From: Epiperipatus broadwayi
Lineage: Eukaryota; Animalia; Onychophora
DNA length: 64,000 bases
Assembly: GCA_028023455.1 (NCBI GenBank)
Contig: JAQFVV010000005.1
Span: 8,246,001-8,310,000 of the forward strand
Direction: 5' to 3'
Below are positions 62,236-64,000 of this stretch, piece by piece (within the stretch, counting starts at the first letter, position 1; every line of letters begins with the position of its first letter). The translations under genes and the position numbers were made by a program. The notes beneath the pieces were generated by a model that did not search any database, was not told the origin of the DNA, and saw nothing but the letters and a program-made list of their open reading frames with translations.

Positions 62236-64000
62236 TATGTGGATACAAAGAGATTAATATTGAGAAGAGTATAAAGTAGGCTGATTCCAAAACTTCACAA
62301 CAGTTTTAAAAGAAATATTTTGTGGATCAAAATAGTAAGCTAAGTGAATAAATGAAGATTATTTAAGTCATTTAGATTTTGCAGATAATCTAATTGTTTC
62401 TGCTCATAATGCTTCAGAGCTTCAGGAAATGTTGCAAGAGTTATCAGAAGTAAGAAAGCAAGACTAAAGAAAAGTGCTAAAATGACTAAAGTAATGTTTA
62501 ATGGATTTTCTCAGAAAAAAAACCTAAATATTGATATTCATGAATTAAAAACAAATTATCAAACTACAAATATTTTTGTCAGTTCATTATTATAGATGAT
62601 AACATAAATAGATAATGCTTTTGATGGGAATAATATTTAAAGGAAAATGTCCATTTGTTTGAAAAGAGAAGTATTTGGCAGATGTGTTTTACCAGTTCTA
62701 ATACACAGATTTGAAACTTAGACCCTTAAGAGAAGAGCAAGACACTCAAAAAAATACAGATAGAGATATTAGGAATAAAAAGAAATTGAAAGTGAAATAT
62801 ATAGGTAAGAGAATAGGTATCACAAACATTGCTTTCTAGAAGAAATGGTAGTATATATTTGAAATTTTAAACTGGATCCCAAAAGACTTTAAAAGACCTA
62901 AAAAGAGTCAACATGTGAGATGGATGGATGAAATTTGGTGGTATGTTGTGAAAGAGGTTAAGAATCAGAGAAACTGGATTAAACCTGGAGAGGCCTTCAT
63001 CCTGCAGTTTATCAATAATGTTTTGAAATAAGGATGAAAGTTTCTTAATAATTATGTATTATAATAGCTACTAAAAGATATTAGCTATTATGTAATATAT
63101 AAGAATCTCTTCATGTTAAACTAAAGAAACTTCTGTGCTATGTAACATATACATGTTATAATTTATGTATCATTGACATTGTAATTTAATAACTGTTTAT
63201 AGAATGATTGCATTAATATTTATGTGAACAAATATATATCATGTTCAGCAAGGTGTAATACCATGATAGAGTCACTGGTGAACCTGGAGTTTTAATAAAT
63301 ATAGATTGTGGCTCTGCTCTATCCCTTCTAGAGTTTGAACTTAGGAACTCAGAACTTTTTTTTTCATGTATATTATAGCACAGAAATGAAGATTAAATAA
63401 ATAATTACCAAAGTTCAATTTTATGTACTTTGTTGTTGTAACAATACTATTTAGTAAATCAACTATATCTAAGACAAACAGTAAAATATTAAATACTCAT
63501 TGCCAAAGAAAAAAAAGTTATGAAAAATCAATAGAGGAGTTTTGCCACACTATAAATATATAATCAGTAATGAAAACTGTCAGTATTTGCAGAGAATCTA
63601 TATCAGTAGAAGCTGCTCATGTTAAAAATAAAAGCCCAACTAAAATATATAAAAAAAACCAAATTATGGTTTTTAGTTTATTTCTCAGAAATCATGATAG
63701 GATAGAATTTTACACAACATTTAAACAATATCTCTAGTGCAGTTGTAAAGTTGCAGGTTCTACAGTTCAATGTTGATTAAACATGGCTCCAACCCAGTCA
63801 CTTCAGGTGCTTCAATTTCTTATGAACAAACGAGCAATAAACAACTTAATTACTTTTATTCTTTAAATTAAATCATTCCTCAAGATTAAAAAAATACTCA
63901 GCATTCAGATGTTCATGGATGATATCAATCTCTCATGTATTTTTCAAAAATAGTTCACAGGGCTCAATAATATTAAAGTAAGGTGGTTTCAGGAAGCCAA

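Larger units (their letters stand above)
60702..63020 (+). mobile_element. RTE-clade LINE, RT and C-terminal part (right piece), decayed; itself interrupted at ~61808-62235
   Basis: LTKLYIKC...VPYYWKNSVIIFIFKK..NYRLIS; QAEFKSDFSTVNHIQILREVI; FIDYKKAFDSI; YLSHLDFADNL; ELQEMLQEL; WIPKDFKRPK..HVRWMDEI; GEAFILQ. Confidence 0.92.

Overview
Very AT-rich (about 25% GC by eye), strongly CpG-depleted eukaryotic DNA, most likely from a large-genome arthropod (inferred from the TE families and zinc-finger style; species not determinable). The window is mostly transposable-element debris around one clear host-type gene, an intronless 371-aa C2H2 zinc-finger ORF with 10 fingers (48547-49662, minus). The best-preserved element is a very young Ty3/gypsy-type LTR retroelement (37291-41764, minus) with ~1.6-kb LTRs, a GTAG target-site duplication and only a frameshifted gag, with no pol. 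Also present: three Penelope-like (GIY-YIG) remnants; four minimal hammerhead-ribozyme motifs (one decayed), one pair of them in tandem behind a tRNA-type B-box; RTE-X-like and RTE LINE copies; two Charlie/Buster-type hAT deletion derivatives with 8-bp TSDs; two mariner remnants; a piggyBac remnant; a tRNA-Gly-derived sequence; several fold-back elements; a young inverted-plus-tandem triplication; and long (AAT)n/(ATT)n tracts. No CRISPR, rRNA or prokaryotic features. All protein-family assignments come from motif recognition by eye, not from database searches.
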